IMG/VR virus record: IMGVR_UViG_3300034375_008561
DNA length: 64,000 nt
Reading direction: 5' to 3' (one strand)
Source: an uncultured virus (IMG/VR IMGVR_UViG_3300034375_008561)
Taxonomy: Duplodnaviria > Heunggongvirae > Uroviricota > Caudoviricetes
A program made the translations under genes and the position numbers. The notes under the pieces are model-generated. The model did not search any database and was not told where the DNA came from. It worked only from the letters and a program-made list of their open reading frames with translations. Positions 1 through 9,331 of this stretch are shown piece by piece (position 1 is the first letter of the stretch; each line of letters starts with the position of its first letter).

Positions 1-276
1 ACCTTCAAGAATAATATTATTATCCAAGCAAACTTGATTCAGTTTAGCAAATCTTGCCTTAACAAGGTCACTTCCTGGTTCTTTCAGGCTTCTGGTTAAA
101 ACTTTTGGTCCTAAACCAAATTCCATTCTACATCCATCTTTCTTTGGAAAGATTATGTATTCTTCAATCCCACCATTCTTGGCAATTGTTGCTTCAAATG
201 CTGTCTTATCAAATGACCCATCTTTAGGGGCATTTGGTATTAAATTCGGTTTAAACTTTATTGGTATATTTCCCAT
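1..276 (-). CDS. ATP-dependent DNA ligase, N-terminal part (runs off window start; not in ORF track)
   Basis: Manual translation from ATG at 276: MGNIPIKFKPNLIP...FPKKDGCRMEFG...LTRSLK...NIILEG. Contains nucleotidyltransferase motif I KxDGxR and the start of motif III. Confidence 0.8.
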   Translation of the reverse strand, partial: MGNIPIKFKPNLIPNAPKDGSFDKTAFEATIAKNGGIEEYIIFPKKDGCRMEFGLGPKVLTRSLKEPGSDLVKARFAKLNQVCLDNNIILEG

Positions 277-293
277 ATTTTGTGTATTTTATG

Positions 294-551
294 TTAATGT
301 CCTCCATATACTTGTTTTCCATCTCTGTATACATCGTACCTATTTGTATCTAAATCTCCTGCTTCTTCAGGAGTTATAGTCTCATAAGGAACATCATCAT
401 CAATCTCCCATTGTTCATTAATTTCAAATCCATTTGGAGAAATAAAATCTCCTACATCCTCATCATCTATGTCTTCAGGGACATCTACCTCAAATGTCTG
501 AGTTCTGTAATAAACTTCTGTAGCTGTTACTGTCACTTTTCTTGTTTCCAT
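294..551 (-). CDS. hypothetical acidic protein
   Basis: 85-aa ORF, co-oriented and abutting neighbours. Confidence 0.7.
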   Translation of the reverse strand: METRKVTVTATEVYYRTQTFEVDVPEDIDDEDVGDFISPNGFEINEQWEIDDDVPYETITPEEAGDLDTNRYDVYRDGKQVYGGH

Positions 552-1000
552 TACTTCATTGTATTAGTTACACTTGTTCTTCCTTTTCCTGCTTTCTTAG
601 CTTCAAGGTACTTATCATACCAGTCATCAAATTCATACATGGCTGAGGTACCCTGTCCTTTCTTTAAGAAATAATGTGGATACCTAATAAACCGTGAATC
701 TGTTTGAGATAAGTAAAGCTTAACTGTGGCAATCACATCTTCTTTTCTTATCTCTGGTCTAGCTCTGAACATTGCTTTCAATCTCATGACTGATTCTTTA
801 ACCTTTCCTCCTCTATCAGGATTCTTTGCTTTAAAGAGTGCACAATATTCTGTCTTCACCCATGCCCAAGGGTCATCATCTGCTATATCTATTATTATTG
901 AATCATAAATCTTATCAATAACAGATGCAGCAACAAGTTCTTCTCTAGGTGTTACGCAAATTTCTTTTGCAAAGGCTAAAATTTCTTCTCTTGTTATCAT
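551..1000 (-). CDS. hypothetical protein in replication module
   Basis: 149-aa ORF with stop/start overlap to both neighbours. Confidence 0.7.
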   Translation of the reverse strand: MITREEILAFAKEICVTPREELVAASVIDKIYDSIIIDIADDDPWAWVKTEYCALFKAKNPDRGGKVKESVMRLKAMFRARPEIRKEDVIATVKLYLSQTDSRFIRYPHYFLKKGQGTSAMYEFDDWYDKYLEAKKAGKGRTSVTNTMK

Positions 1001-2115
1001 AATACTAAATCTTTAAAATTAAGGTATGATACTTTCTTTGCATCAAAGCTCTTCAATGTTGAAGTTATCCATAATATATCCTGTGTGTCCTCAAGGCATA
1101 ATATCCAAATAGTTGCTTCATAGTCTCCCTGTTCTAAGAGAGTCCTAGCAATTTTCTGAGATGTTAGTCCATTGTTATCAGAATCAACCTGAGTTAGGAT
1201 GAGGTTATCAATTGCAGAATAGGTATACCCTGTTCCACCCTTGTTCACCATTGCAATCCTATTAACTTCGCCATTTATGAACTTTTGAAGGTCCTTACTA
1301 TTTGTGGTACCGTGGTACACATAGTCTGACAGCTCTTCAGCCTGTTTCCTGTCCATTGCAAAGATTAATTTCGTACCTTCAAGAGAATTAATGATATACT
1401 TAGCTGCAGCCACTTTGGATGGTGACTTACCTATAAGTCTTCTCCTGTGTAGCAATGCAAACTTAGTTTTACCATTTCTCTCCATCCTCCTGGTCAAATA
1501 TTCATACTGCTTAAGTTCAGATGTAGTAAAACTCTTCTCTTGTTTGGTCACCTTATCAGTGTACTTCACTTCAATGTTCATTTTGTCATCCATAGGGATA
1601 CCAACAACCATGATTTTGTAGTTTGATAAGAGACCAATATCAACAGCTGAGTTAATAGAAATTTTATATAACTTCTTGAGTCCCAGCTGCTCATAGATAT
1701 CTGTCTTCGATTGTGTCTTACTCTCTGTCCCTGTCATCGATAGCAACACATCCCATGTTAAGCTTCCTTCTAATAGTCCTACTGCATTAACTGGTGTAAT
1801 AAACTGCTCTTCATCTAACACAATAAGTGCATAATGTCCTTTCAATTTATTTAAACCTTTCCAAGTACTAGTAGTTAGTTGCTTAAGATATGTTTTTGCT
1901 TTCCATTTTTCAAACTCAAGAGGTATATCCTCATCAGCTAGCTTAGATGTTGGTGTAACCCATAGGATTTTACCTTTTACCTTATGCTTTTTGATGTAAT
2001 CTATAACAATCTTGGTCTTTCCTGACCTAGGAGCTAAGATAAGCCTACCAGATTCTCCAGCAGGGATAGAATTCACAACATCTTTCTGTAATTCATTCTT
2101 TTCTTTACTTGTCAT
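997..2115 (-). CDS. superfamily 2 helicase/ATPase
   Basis: Walker A LAPRSGKT, motif II VLDEEQ, motif III SMTGT, C-terminal QKIARTL. Probable start at ATG 2115 (MTSKEK). Confidence 0.8.
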   Translation of the reverse strand: MTSKEKNELQKDVVNSIPAGESGRLILAPRSGKTKIVIDYIKKHKVKGKILWVTPTSKLADEDIPLEFEKWKAKTYLKQLTTSTWKGLNKLKGHYALIVLDEEQFITPVNAVGLLEGSLTWDVLLSMTGTESKTQSKTDIYEQLGLKKLYKISINSAVDIGLLSNYKIMVVGIPMDDKMNIEVKYTDKVTKQEKSFTTSELKQYEYLTRRMERNGKTKFALLHRRRLIGKSPSKVAAAKYIINSLEGTKLIFAMDRKQAEELSDYVYHGTTNSKDLQKFINGEVNRIAMVNKGGTGYTYSAIDNLILTQVDSDNNGLTSQKIARTLLEQGDYEATIWILCLEDTQDILWITSTLKSFDAKKVSYLNFKDLVL

Positions 2116-2494
2116 TTTTGTAAAAATTCTTAAATTTAACCTCACTTTGCATATACCAATCAGACCTTAAGTATTTAGGAAGATTTTGGATACCTTCTAA
2201 TCTTGCTATCTCCTCTTGCATTGCATCCTTTTTTTCTTTAAACCTTACTAATTTGTCACAGTCATAGTTTAGTATAGTTTCATACATTCTTCTAACAATA
2301 GTATCAACATTATGCATCAGCTTGCTATCATAATTAACAAAATTATATCTCATAGTCCTGGCAGTGTCTTCTATAAGATATCCGATTTCATTTTGAATAG
2401 TACATATCTCATATTCTATATTAGCATTGTTTGCTTTAAATGTAGAGTCCCAAAATTTTCCTTTGTTATCTATATATCCACATGTCTTTTTCAT
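2105..2494 (-). CDS. hypothetical protein
   Basis: 129-aa ORF in operon context. Confidence 0.65.
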   Translation of the reverse strand: MKKTCGYIDNKGKFWDSTFKANNANIEYEICTIQNEIGYLIEDTARTMRYNFVNYDSKLMHNVDTIVRRMYETILNYDCDKLVRFKEKKDAMQEEIARLEGIQNLPKYLRSDWYMQSEVKFKNFYKNDK

Positions 2495-2677
2495 AATTCT
2501 TCTAATTTTTTTAAAATGAGTAATTTACGTGCACTATCAAATACAGACTTTGGCTCAAGCTTTTTTATATTCTTTATAAATTTTACTTTAAGTTCACCTG
2601 TTATCTTTCCTCTGTCATTACTTAACAAATACTCCATATTTGTTAGTTGTAGTTCTAATTCGTTCATAATACTGTTT

Positions 2678-4588
2678 TTAGTGGCATTCAGCGTAATTGT
2701 TTCCCCAATCAACACTGCAGCCTATTGTTACATTTAATCCTGTTTCTGCATTCATCTCATCCATTGCTCTCTTAAGTATCACAGCAACTTGGAATTTATG
2801 TTGTTGCTTACACTTTAGTAGTATCTCATCATGATACTGCAAACTTATCTTGATACCTAACTCATTCAAACCCTGTCTTACTTTCCTGACCCAAGAGTCA
2901 AAAACATAAACACCAGTAGATTGATTCAAGGTAGAAAACCTGTCCTTATCTGCTTTCAAAAACATCCAAAATCCTGAAACAGGGTTATATAACCACTTCT
3001 GCTTATCAACAATTTTGACTCTGCAGTCTTTTGCTGTCTGCTTCACTGCTGCATTCCTCTTCCAATAAGTTGTATGTAGTTTCTTTGCAAATTTAAGTGT
3101 ACATTTAAGTGATTCTGCAATTTTAGGTGGTCCTGCTCCATAAGTAGCTGAGAAATTAATCAGTTTTGCCTTCTTTCTTTCAGTATTGATGACATTATAC
3201 CTGTTAGCATCTGCCTCACTCCCATATACGAAATTATCACCCAAACTATCTTTCTCTGCAGAAATTTTTTTATAGAATTCTTCATCTTCCTTTGTTATTA
3301 ATTCAGCCAATACAGCTATGTCAATGTGTGGGTCAAATCCTGGAACTCTCATCTCTGTCACATAATCAGGGTCATAAAAGTATATGTAGTGCTGTTTGGT
3401 GTTATCCTCTAGTCCACTAATATCACTTCCACACATGATGTATGTTGTGTCAGGCACCATGAGGCACCCTCTGATTTCTTTCCCATAATACTTATCAACT
3501 CCAGGCAAGTTAGCTATTGGCTTAGCATGCTGCAATCTTAAAGTATTTGTAAAACCTTGAGCCCTAGAGTAGATGTAACCATTATCATCTACACTCTCTA
3601 AGAAAGATTTGAACAATCCATATCTATGTCTCGCTCTATAAAGACCTCCAAGCTCTTCCAAAAATGGATACTTCTCAAACATTTCTCTAATACTGAAACA
3701 TAGTCCACCACCAAATGGCAATGAAACCTGTGGTATTTTCTTATTTTTCTTATTTACTTTAAAGGTCTTTGGTTCCCAACCTAATTGAAACAACCAATCT
3801 TTTAGCTGTTGAGGTGATGTGGGACTTCCTGGCACTGTGATTTCCTGAGTATTCTCAGGTAAACCTTTCTTCTTCAGTAAGTCAAACCAACTCTGACCAT
3901 GGACTGACAAATCACCATCTTTCTTATAGATAATTGCAGGTGGTGTCTTGTCCACAATACGAGGCATGAACTTAGCTAAATTGGAAATCTTCTCATCTAT
4001 AATGAATTCGAGGTCCAAGCTAGATTGCTCAGCAAGCCTGATGTCAAGTTTAATCTTTTCATCTTCTTGCTCCCTTAGGCAATCCATTTTGTATCCTAAA
4101 TATCCAATTAGTCTCATTATCTCATTAAAATCACCATAGATTTGCATCAGGTAATCCATCATTGAATGAAAAGTTCTTGCATTAATCTCCACATCACTCT
4201 CACATCTGTCTACATATACTTCTACTGGCAGGTCATCCCAGTCATCTATGACGGGCTTAGGAAAACCCATTCTCTCACCCCAAGCAGCTAAACCATGTAC
4301 AAATCCTTTAATAGGGTACAGGTAAAAAGAGATTGCTAGCGTGTCTATTAACGTAGCATCTATCTTGATGTTTAAAATCTTTTCTAGCATAGGCACATCA
4401 TACTCTATTATCTTGTGTCCTACAATAGTCTCTTGTTGGAGAATAAAGTTAGACATATCTGTATAATCAGTAAATGAACCTTTTGCTAGCAAAGTTTTGT
4501 TCTCATAGATAGCATAAGAAAGACAATGAATCAGTGTACCTTTATCAAGAAGCCCATTAGCTTCAATATCAAATATTGTGTACTTCAT
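2678..4588 (-). CDS. polA: family A DNA polymerase with 3'-5' exonuclease domain
   Basis: ExoI FDIEANGL, motif A GSDISGLE, motif B RKKAKLINFSATYGAG, motif C QYHDE. Confidence 0.95.
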   Translation of the reverse strand: MKYTIFDIEANGLLDKGTLIHCLSYAIYENKTLLAKGSFTDYTDMSNFILQQETIVGHKIIEYDVPMLEKILNIKIDATLIDTLAISFYLYPIKGFVHGLAAWGERMGFPKPVIDDWDDLPVEVYVDRCESDVEINARTFHSMMDYLMQIYGDFNEIMRLIGYLGYKMDCLREQEDEKIKLDIRLAEQSSLDLEFIIDEKISNLAKFMPRIVDKTPPAIIYKKDGDLSVHGQSWFDLLKKKGLPENTQEITVPGSPTSPQQLKDWLFQLGWEPKTFKVNKKNKKIPQVSLPFGGGLCFSIREMFEKYPFLEELGGLYRARHRYGLFKSFLESVDDNGYIYSRAQGFTNTLRLQHAKPIANLPGVDKYYGKEIRGCLMVPDTTYIMCGSDISGLEDNTKQHYIYFYDPDYVTEMRVPGFDPHIDIAVLAELITKEDEEFYKKISAEKDSLGDNFVYGSEADANRYNVINTERKKAKLINFSATYGAGPPKIAESLKCTLKFAKKLHTTYWKRNAAVKQTAKDCRVKIVDKQKWLYNPVSGFWMFLKADKDRFSTLNQSTGVYVFDSWVRKVRQGLNELGIKISLQYHDEILLKCKQQHKFQVAVILKRAMDEMNAETGLNVTIGCSVDWGNNYAECH

Positions 4589-4605
4589 CTTGTCTCGTGT
4601 TTAAA

Positions 4606-4905
4606 TTAAATTTTCTTTATAGAATAGATGTAGATATTGTTGTATCTCTTACTATTCTTCTCAGAGCCTTGGAATAAGAAATCAATCTCAACAGTTGAAC
4701 CCTGTTTAATATCTCTCTCTTCAAGCATTTTCAGCTTGCCATTCCTTAACTCTGGAAATAATATTTGCCCATCAGGTGTCTCAATAGTTAATACACGCTT
4801 ATAAAGGTCAGGTATTCCATCTCTTTTAATGTGTACTAACTCTCCAACAACATGGACAGTTCCTTTTAAGTTAAAATAACTTTTTTCAATATGATTTCTA
4901 TACAT
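4606..4905 (-). CDS. DUF3127-like OB-fold, putative ssDNA-binding protein
   Basis: Pattern LKGTV...KRVLTIET...GSTVEIDFLFQGSE...RYNNI resembles Bacteroidota DUF3127. Lies between polymerase and helicase. Confidence 0.6.
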   Translation of the reverse strand: MYRNHIEKSYFNLKGTVHVVGELVHIKRDGIPDLYKRVLTIETPDGQILFPELRNGKLKMLEERDIKQGSTVEIDFLFQGSEKNSKRYNNIYIYSIKKI

Positions 4906-4909
4906 TTTG

Positions 4910-6223
4910 TTATGCTTTATATAAAATTAGTAGTCGTGCAGCTCTAGTCACAGCTGTATAAAGAAGCCTCTGCTTCTCTGACTTGTTTCGATTTAGATTC
5001 AGATTCTTGATGTTCACTATTGCCTGTTCATAGGTAGAGCCTTGACTCTTATGTACAGTGATAGCATGATTATACGTCATATTAGCAAACTGTTCTATGA
5101 ACTTAAAGTAATCACCCCAATCAATGACCCTGGTCTTAGCCAGCATCTTGAGTTTCTTTAATAGTTTTTCATATTCCTTCTCTGAATCTTCATGAATTAT
5201 TATTATCTCATCTACATACTCTTGTGCTTCAATTGAAAATGAGGCATTAATAGAGTAGTATTTGAACTTGATTGAACTAAAGGTAGTTTCCTTGAGAAAA
5301 CCTCCACCTTTCCCTGAGGGATAATGAAATGGCTTCTCTTTCACATCTGCCTGCTCCACTTTAATTTCTTGATTGGTATAAAACCCATCACCATAAGGAC
5401 TATTAAATATTAAGGTTTCTCCAACTTCTATCTTTGCAGGTGTACCATATATTCTTTGCCTTACTAAAGTGTTGACTAAATCAACTTCCTTATTAGTCCA
5501 TGCTAGATATTTTAGCTCATCAGTTCCATTGACAACTGCTAAGGTCTCTACTACCTGTGCTAAGTCATTACTAAATAGATATCCCATATCTTGTGAGTCC
5601 ATACTAGATTTAACTCTCTTTGATTCTTTAGTTTTGATATCATCTAGATTTCGACTTAGATGTATTATGGGATTCCCTTCTCCCTGTCTTATAATTTCAG
5701 TTAATTCTACCTCTGGGTAACTTGAGGCAAAGATGGGTGACACTAGTTCACCAATAGGATTCAGCTGTTTAGCATCTCCAATAAAAACAACTATTGCATT
5801 ATTTGCATCAGCGTGTTCTTCTACATACGTCAAAAGGTCCTTGTTTAGCATTGAAGCCTCATCTATAATAAGCAGCCCAACATTTTTTAATGGTGGATAC
5901 CTTTCACTATAATATGGCTTGAAACTAATAGCACCTGTCTTGTAATTTATTTCCTTTTTAATCTTCAGTGATGAATGCACTGTGGCAAATTCAAGGTTAG
6001 GGTATTCATCTACCTTACCTTTTACTACTGCAACAGCTTTATTTGTTGGAGCTGATACAATAATCTTCTTAAATGGTATTTTTGTCCTTAGTCTACTGAC
6101 CAATTCATTCACCAAGTAAGTTTTACCAACACCTGCACTCCCTGAGATTAAAAGTCTCTTCCCGTTCTCAAGTATAGCTAGACTCTCGTCTAACTTCTCT
6201 TGTTGATGTGCTGTTAAACTCAT
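4910..6223 (-). CDS. Dda/RecD-like SF1B DNA helicase
   Basis: GSAGVGKT, APTNKA, IIDEASM, GDAKQL, AITVHKSQGSTY, LYTAVTRA. Confidence 0.93.
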   Translation of the reverse strand: MSLTAHQQEKLDESLAILENGKRLLISGSAGVGKTYLVNELVSRLRTKIPFKKIIVSAPTNKAVAVVKGKVDEYPNLEFATVHSSLKIKKEINYKTGAISFKPYYSERYPPLKNVGLLIIDEASMLNKDLLTYVEEHADANNAIVVFIGDAKQLNPIGELVSPIFASSYPEVELTEIIRQGEGNPIIHLSRNLDDIKTKESKRVKSSMDSQDMGYLFSNDLAQVVETLAVVNGTDELKYLAWTNKEVDLVNTLVRQRIYGTPAKIEVGETLIFNSPYGDGFYTNQEIKVEQADVKEKPFHYPSGKGGGFLKETTFSSIKFKYYSINASFSIEAQEYVDEIIIIHEDSEKEYEKLLKKLKMLAKTRVIDWGDYFKFIEQFANMTYNHAITVHKSQGSTYEQAIVNIKNLNLNRNKSEKQRLLYTAVTRAARLLILYKA

Positions 6224-6281
6224 ACTTTATTTCATTTTTATTTCATTTTTGATTTGTGACTCAAAACTCGTGTAGTAAAGA

Positions 6282-6315
6282 AAGAATAAAGCAAGGTTTC
6301 CCTTACTTTATTCTT
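6282..6315 (-). terminator. 15-bp hairpin with GAAA tetraloop, terminator or processing site
   Basis: Minus strand AAGAATAAAGTAAGG-GAAA-CCTTGCTTTATTCTT (one G.U) followed by TCTTT, just after the stop at 6340. Confidence 0.6.
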
Positions 6316-6339
6316 CTTACTAAAATTCACACAAACATC

Positions 6340-6540
6340 TTAATACTCAGAAGCTCTGACTTCCATTGCTGCCATTTGCTCCTTAGTGTAACCTGGTCCA
6401 GTACTGATAAATCTGTCCTGAAATGGATTACACAAAATAAATTTGCCTTTCCGTGTACGTTTAAAGAAGTCCATCCTTTTAAAGGTGGCATTCCATATTG
6501 CTTTTAAATTACCTCTTTTAATGTTTCTTGTATAACTCAT
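6340..6540 (-). CDS. hypothetical basic protein
   Basis: 66-aa ORF coupled to upstream ORF. Confidence 0.6.
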   Translation of the reverse strand: MSYTRNIKRGNLKAIWNATFKRMDFFKRTRKGKFILCNPFQDRFISTGPGYTKEQMAAMEVRASEY

Positions 6541-6785
6541 TATTCACTTGGGTATTTAGTATCATCAAAACTATTTGATAATACGGTTATTAATTTCTTT
6601 ACTTGTTCTTGTGTCAATTGAATATAAGGTTGAGTGCTTAGCATTGTAAGCTGAAGCATTCTTCCATTTTCTGCTCCACCATAAAACCTAGTAATCATCA
6701 TACCTGTTGGCTCCTTAACGTGCTTTGCAAGAGTAGATTTTTTACTTTCTACTATACCTGCTATTGTTTCAATATGTGTGCTCAT
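6540..6785 (-). CDS. hypothetical protein
   Basis: 81-aa ORF. Confidence 0.65.
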   Translation of the reverse strand: MSTHIETIAGIVESKKSTLAKHVKEPTGMMITRFYGGAENGRMLQLTMLSTQPYIQLTQEQVKKLITVLSNSFDDTKYPSE

Positions 6786-6799
6786 TTTTATCGCATATT

Positions 6800-7468
6800 T
6801 TATAAGTTTTCTTTAATCCAATTATCATCAAGAGGTTTTGTATGTAAGACAGGAAACGCAAGATAGCCTTCATTTATACCTCTTCTAAAGGTTTTATTGC
6901 CATATGCTATCATTTCTTCTCTACTATACATCTTCTCTTCAACTACAGAAGTGATTGTAACTTCATTGTCTTGGTTTAGTTTGAGTTTATCATTACCATA
7001 AAACCTTCGTACTCTGTCTTCTGTAAAGCCATCAACATAGCTTTCTTCGTACTCGACCTCCCACTCTCCATCAGGATTAACAACAAACTCTTTTAAGAAT
7101 GATTGTTGTACTTGTGGTACTTGACAAGAATGACTTTTACTTATAGGCATTCTAAGCTTAGGGTCAGTAGTTGCTATGATTTTTCTACAAAACTTAAACC
7201 TATAATCTTTTTTATGATTAATTAAATGTCTAGTTTCAGTATGTGTTTGAACGCTTCTTTGAGATTCAGTAACAAACATATCAATATACCAGTCTCCTTC
7301 TTTAATAGGTTCTACCTCTTGAGATACTGTGATGTATAGGTGACACTGAGTTCCATTAGGTTTTCCAACCCTATATTTACCTTCTATTAAGTACCCTTTG
7401 TCATGAGTATATAATGGATAATCCTTATCTTCTGTTGGTAGCGTTACTACCTGTATTTTATGTTTCAT
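6800..7468 (-). CDS. hypothetical protein, paralog of 7478-8203
   Basis: Shared blocks YITVSQxVEPIK, CRKIIATTDPKL, GEWEVEY, KLKLNQDN, WIKENL. Confidence 0.8.
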   Translation of the reverse strand: MKHKIQVVTLPTEDKDYPLYTHDKGYLIEGKYRVGKPNGTQCHLYITVSQEVEPIKEGDWYIDMFVTESQRSVQTHTETRHLINHKKDYRFKFCRKIIATTDPKLRMPISKSHSCQVPQVQQSFLKEFVVNPDGEWEVEYEESYVDGFTEDRVRRFYGNDKLKLNQDNEVTITSVVEEKMYSREEMIAYGNKTFRRGINEGYLAFPVLHTKPLDDNWIKENL

Positions 7469-7477
7469 TGTGCCATT

Positions 7478-8203
7478 TTATAAGTTTTCTTTAATCCAAT
7501 CTTCTATTGTACTATATTTAGGAGATAAATCTTTAGGTAAATCAGCTATAATATGTATATCCACTACACCATCTTGAGAATTAAATTCTCTTGCACTATT
7601 AAAAGCATCTGTAAGTTCATCTTTACTATACATCTTCTCTTCAACAGAAGTAATATTAACAGTATTGTCTTGGTTTAGCTTGAGTTTTGGGTAATCTTCT
7701 TTTACTTCCATATCAGTTCCCCACCATTCATCATACTCAACTTCCCACTCTCCATTAGAATTAGCAATAAATTCTTCTAAGAATGATTGTTGTAGTTGTG
7801 GTATCTTCTGATAATTTTTACCCTCTATTCTTGTTATCTGACAATTATAAATCTTACAATTATAATTTTCACCCACATACTTTAAAAGTTTAGGGTCAGT
7901 AGTTGCTATGATTTTTCTACAAGCTTCATTAATATAACATAAATGATTATCAGATTCTAACTCATTGGTACTATTAAAACCTACACATTTATGTATAGTA
8001 GTAGAATCTCCTACAATAAACAAATCACCTACTTTAATAGGCTCTACATCCTGTGATACTGTGATGTATATGTGTTGAGTGATACTGAAACTTGTTCTTT
8101 TATACATGTCATCTAAATAGGAAGGTGTTTTAGAATCCCCTATTATAGCAATAGGACTGTTGTCTTCTGTTGGTAGCATTACTACCTGTGCTTTATTTTT
8201 CAT
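7478..8203 (-). CDS. hypothetical protein, paralog of 6800-7468
   Basis: Same conserved blocks as the neighbour. Confidence 0.8.
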   Translation of the reverse strand: MKNKAQVVMLPTEDNSPIAIIGDSKTPSYLDDMYKRTSFSITQHIYITVSQDVEPIKVGDLFIVGDSTTIHKCVGFNSTNELESDNHLCYINEACRKIIATTDPKLLKYVGENYNCKIYNCQITRIEGKNYQKIPQLQQSFLEEFIANSNGEWEVEYDEWWGTDMEVKEDYPKLKLNQDNTVNITSVEEKMYSKDELTDAFNSAREFNSQDGVVDIHIIADLPKDLSPKYSTIEDWIKENL

Positions 8204-8220
8204 TATTCATTTATTTTTAG

Positions 8221-8618
8221 TGGAGACGCTGGGACTCGAACCCAGGTCTTTCACATATCAATAATAATATTTTATACAGCTTCACGTTTCTTTAAATTCT
8301 TTACGCTAGATTAGGACCAACTGTTAAGTTGATGCTCCACCAGATTGTTTTTTTTATCACAGACAGTAACAATCAAATCTATCTGTTGCATAATCTTAGC
8401 TTATGCTGCTATTAAAACTTGACCTCCCATGGTATCTTGCGATACACCTTGGAAATCATTAAGAATGTTGTGAACAACACTCATGTTAGCTTCAATCTGT
8501 GCAGTTTCCTGCGTACTAGTTGTGTTTCCATTTAAGTAAACTCACCTTAGTTTTAGACAGTTATCTCTCTGTGCTGAATATTATTAAATCGCTATGAAAT
8601 CAATTCCATGTCGTCCCC
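8221..8618 (-). ncRNA. ssrA: tmRNA (transfer-messenger RNA), 398 nt, CCA not encoded
   Basis: 5' GGGGACG pairs with 3' CGTCTCC-A, giving a G3.U70 alanine identity pair. T-arm CTGGG-TTCGAGT-CCCAG. Helix 2 TAATAATATT/AATATTATTA and CAGC/GCTG. Tag frame at 8529-8401 ends GCA GCA TAA. Confidence 0.95.
8401..8529 (-). other. tmRNA tag reading frame (A)GNTTSTQETAQIEANMSVVHNILNDFQGVSQDTMGGQVLIAA*
   Basis: Resume context TTAAAT-GGA, then 42 open codons ending in LIAA-stop. Confidence 0.75.
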
Positions 8619-8779
8619 ATAAGAAGGTATGCCAAATGCATGTGCTCGTAAACACTAATACGCTGTTGACATACCTTTTAATAAAGAGCTGAGAATAAGG
8701 ATGTGCATCTACACTTAATTCTCATTTCATTGATATTGTAGGTATAGCTTTTACCTCTCCAGAATCAAACTCTTTTAAT

Positions 8780-9322
8780 TTAATCTACCCACTCTATTAG
8801 TGGACACCAATTTCTATATAATGACACAAGCATACTCCACATAAACCTAAATGGCATGCCGAGGTAATAGCCTAACTTCTTCTCTGCAAACAAATACACA
8901 AGTAAGACTATGATGGCAAGAAGAAGTGCTACTCCTCCTGTAACTGCTAACACAACAACTGTGTTTACAATTAGACCATAAATATATGCTACAAGCATAC
9001 CCAATAAGAATCCACCAATTGCTATGAAATATATCCATTTAAGTCCTGTTCCAATTATCATCCAAATTCTCGCTTTAGCTATTGGTTTAACTACATTCTG
9101 CCACACTACACTATCTCCTATAGAGTCAAACGCCTGCTCAACTTTATTTTCTGTAGGTAAGAGAGAATATATCAATCTTATAGGTAGTGCAATAGGTAGT
9201 AATAGAATTGTTAATACATATCCCCAAGAATATGGACACATTGTCTTCAGATTAGTGGCATCTGTCAGCCACATCCAATTGTAAAATCTTACAAAAATTG
9301 ATTTCTTATTTAATTTATACAT
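8780..9322 (-). CDS. membrane protein
   Basis: 180 aa with several long hydrophobic segments. Confidence 0.75.
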   Translation of the reverse strand: MYKLNKKSIFVRFYNWMWLTDATNLKTMCPYSWGYVLTILLLPIALPIRLIYSLLPTENKVEQAFDSIGDSVVWQNVVKPIAKARIWMIIGTGLKWIYFIAIGGFLLGMLVAYIYGLIVNTVVVLAVTGGVALLLAIIVLLVYLFAEKKLGYYLGMPFRFMWSMLVSLYRNWCPLIEWVD

Positions 9323-9331
9323 AATTTTTAT

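Noticed and set aside
8221..8250. tRNA gene suggested by the T-arm and acceptor-like 3' end
   Set aside because: The matching 5' acceptor strand is ~400 nt away and there is no anticodon arm. It is the 3' end of the tmRNA.
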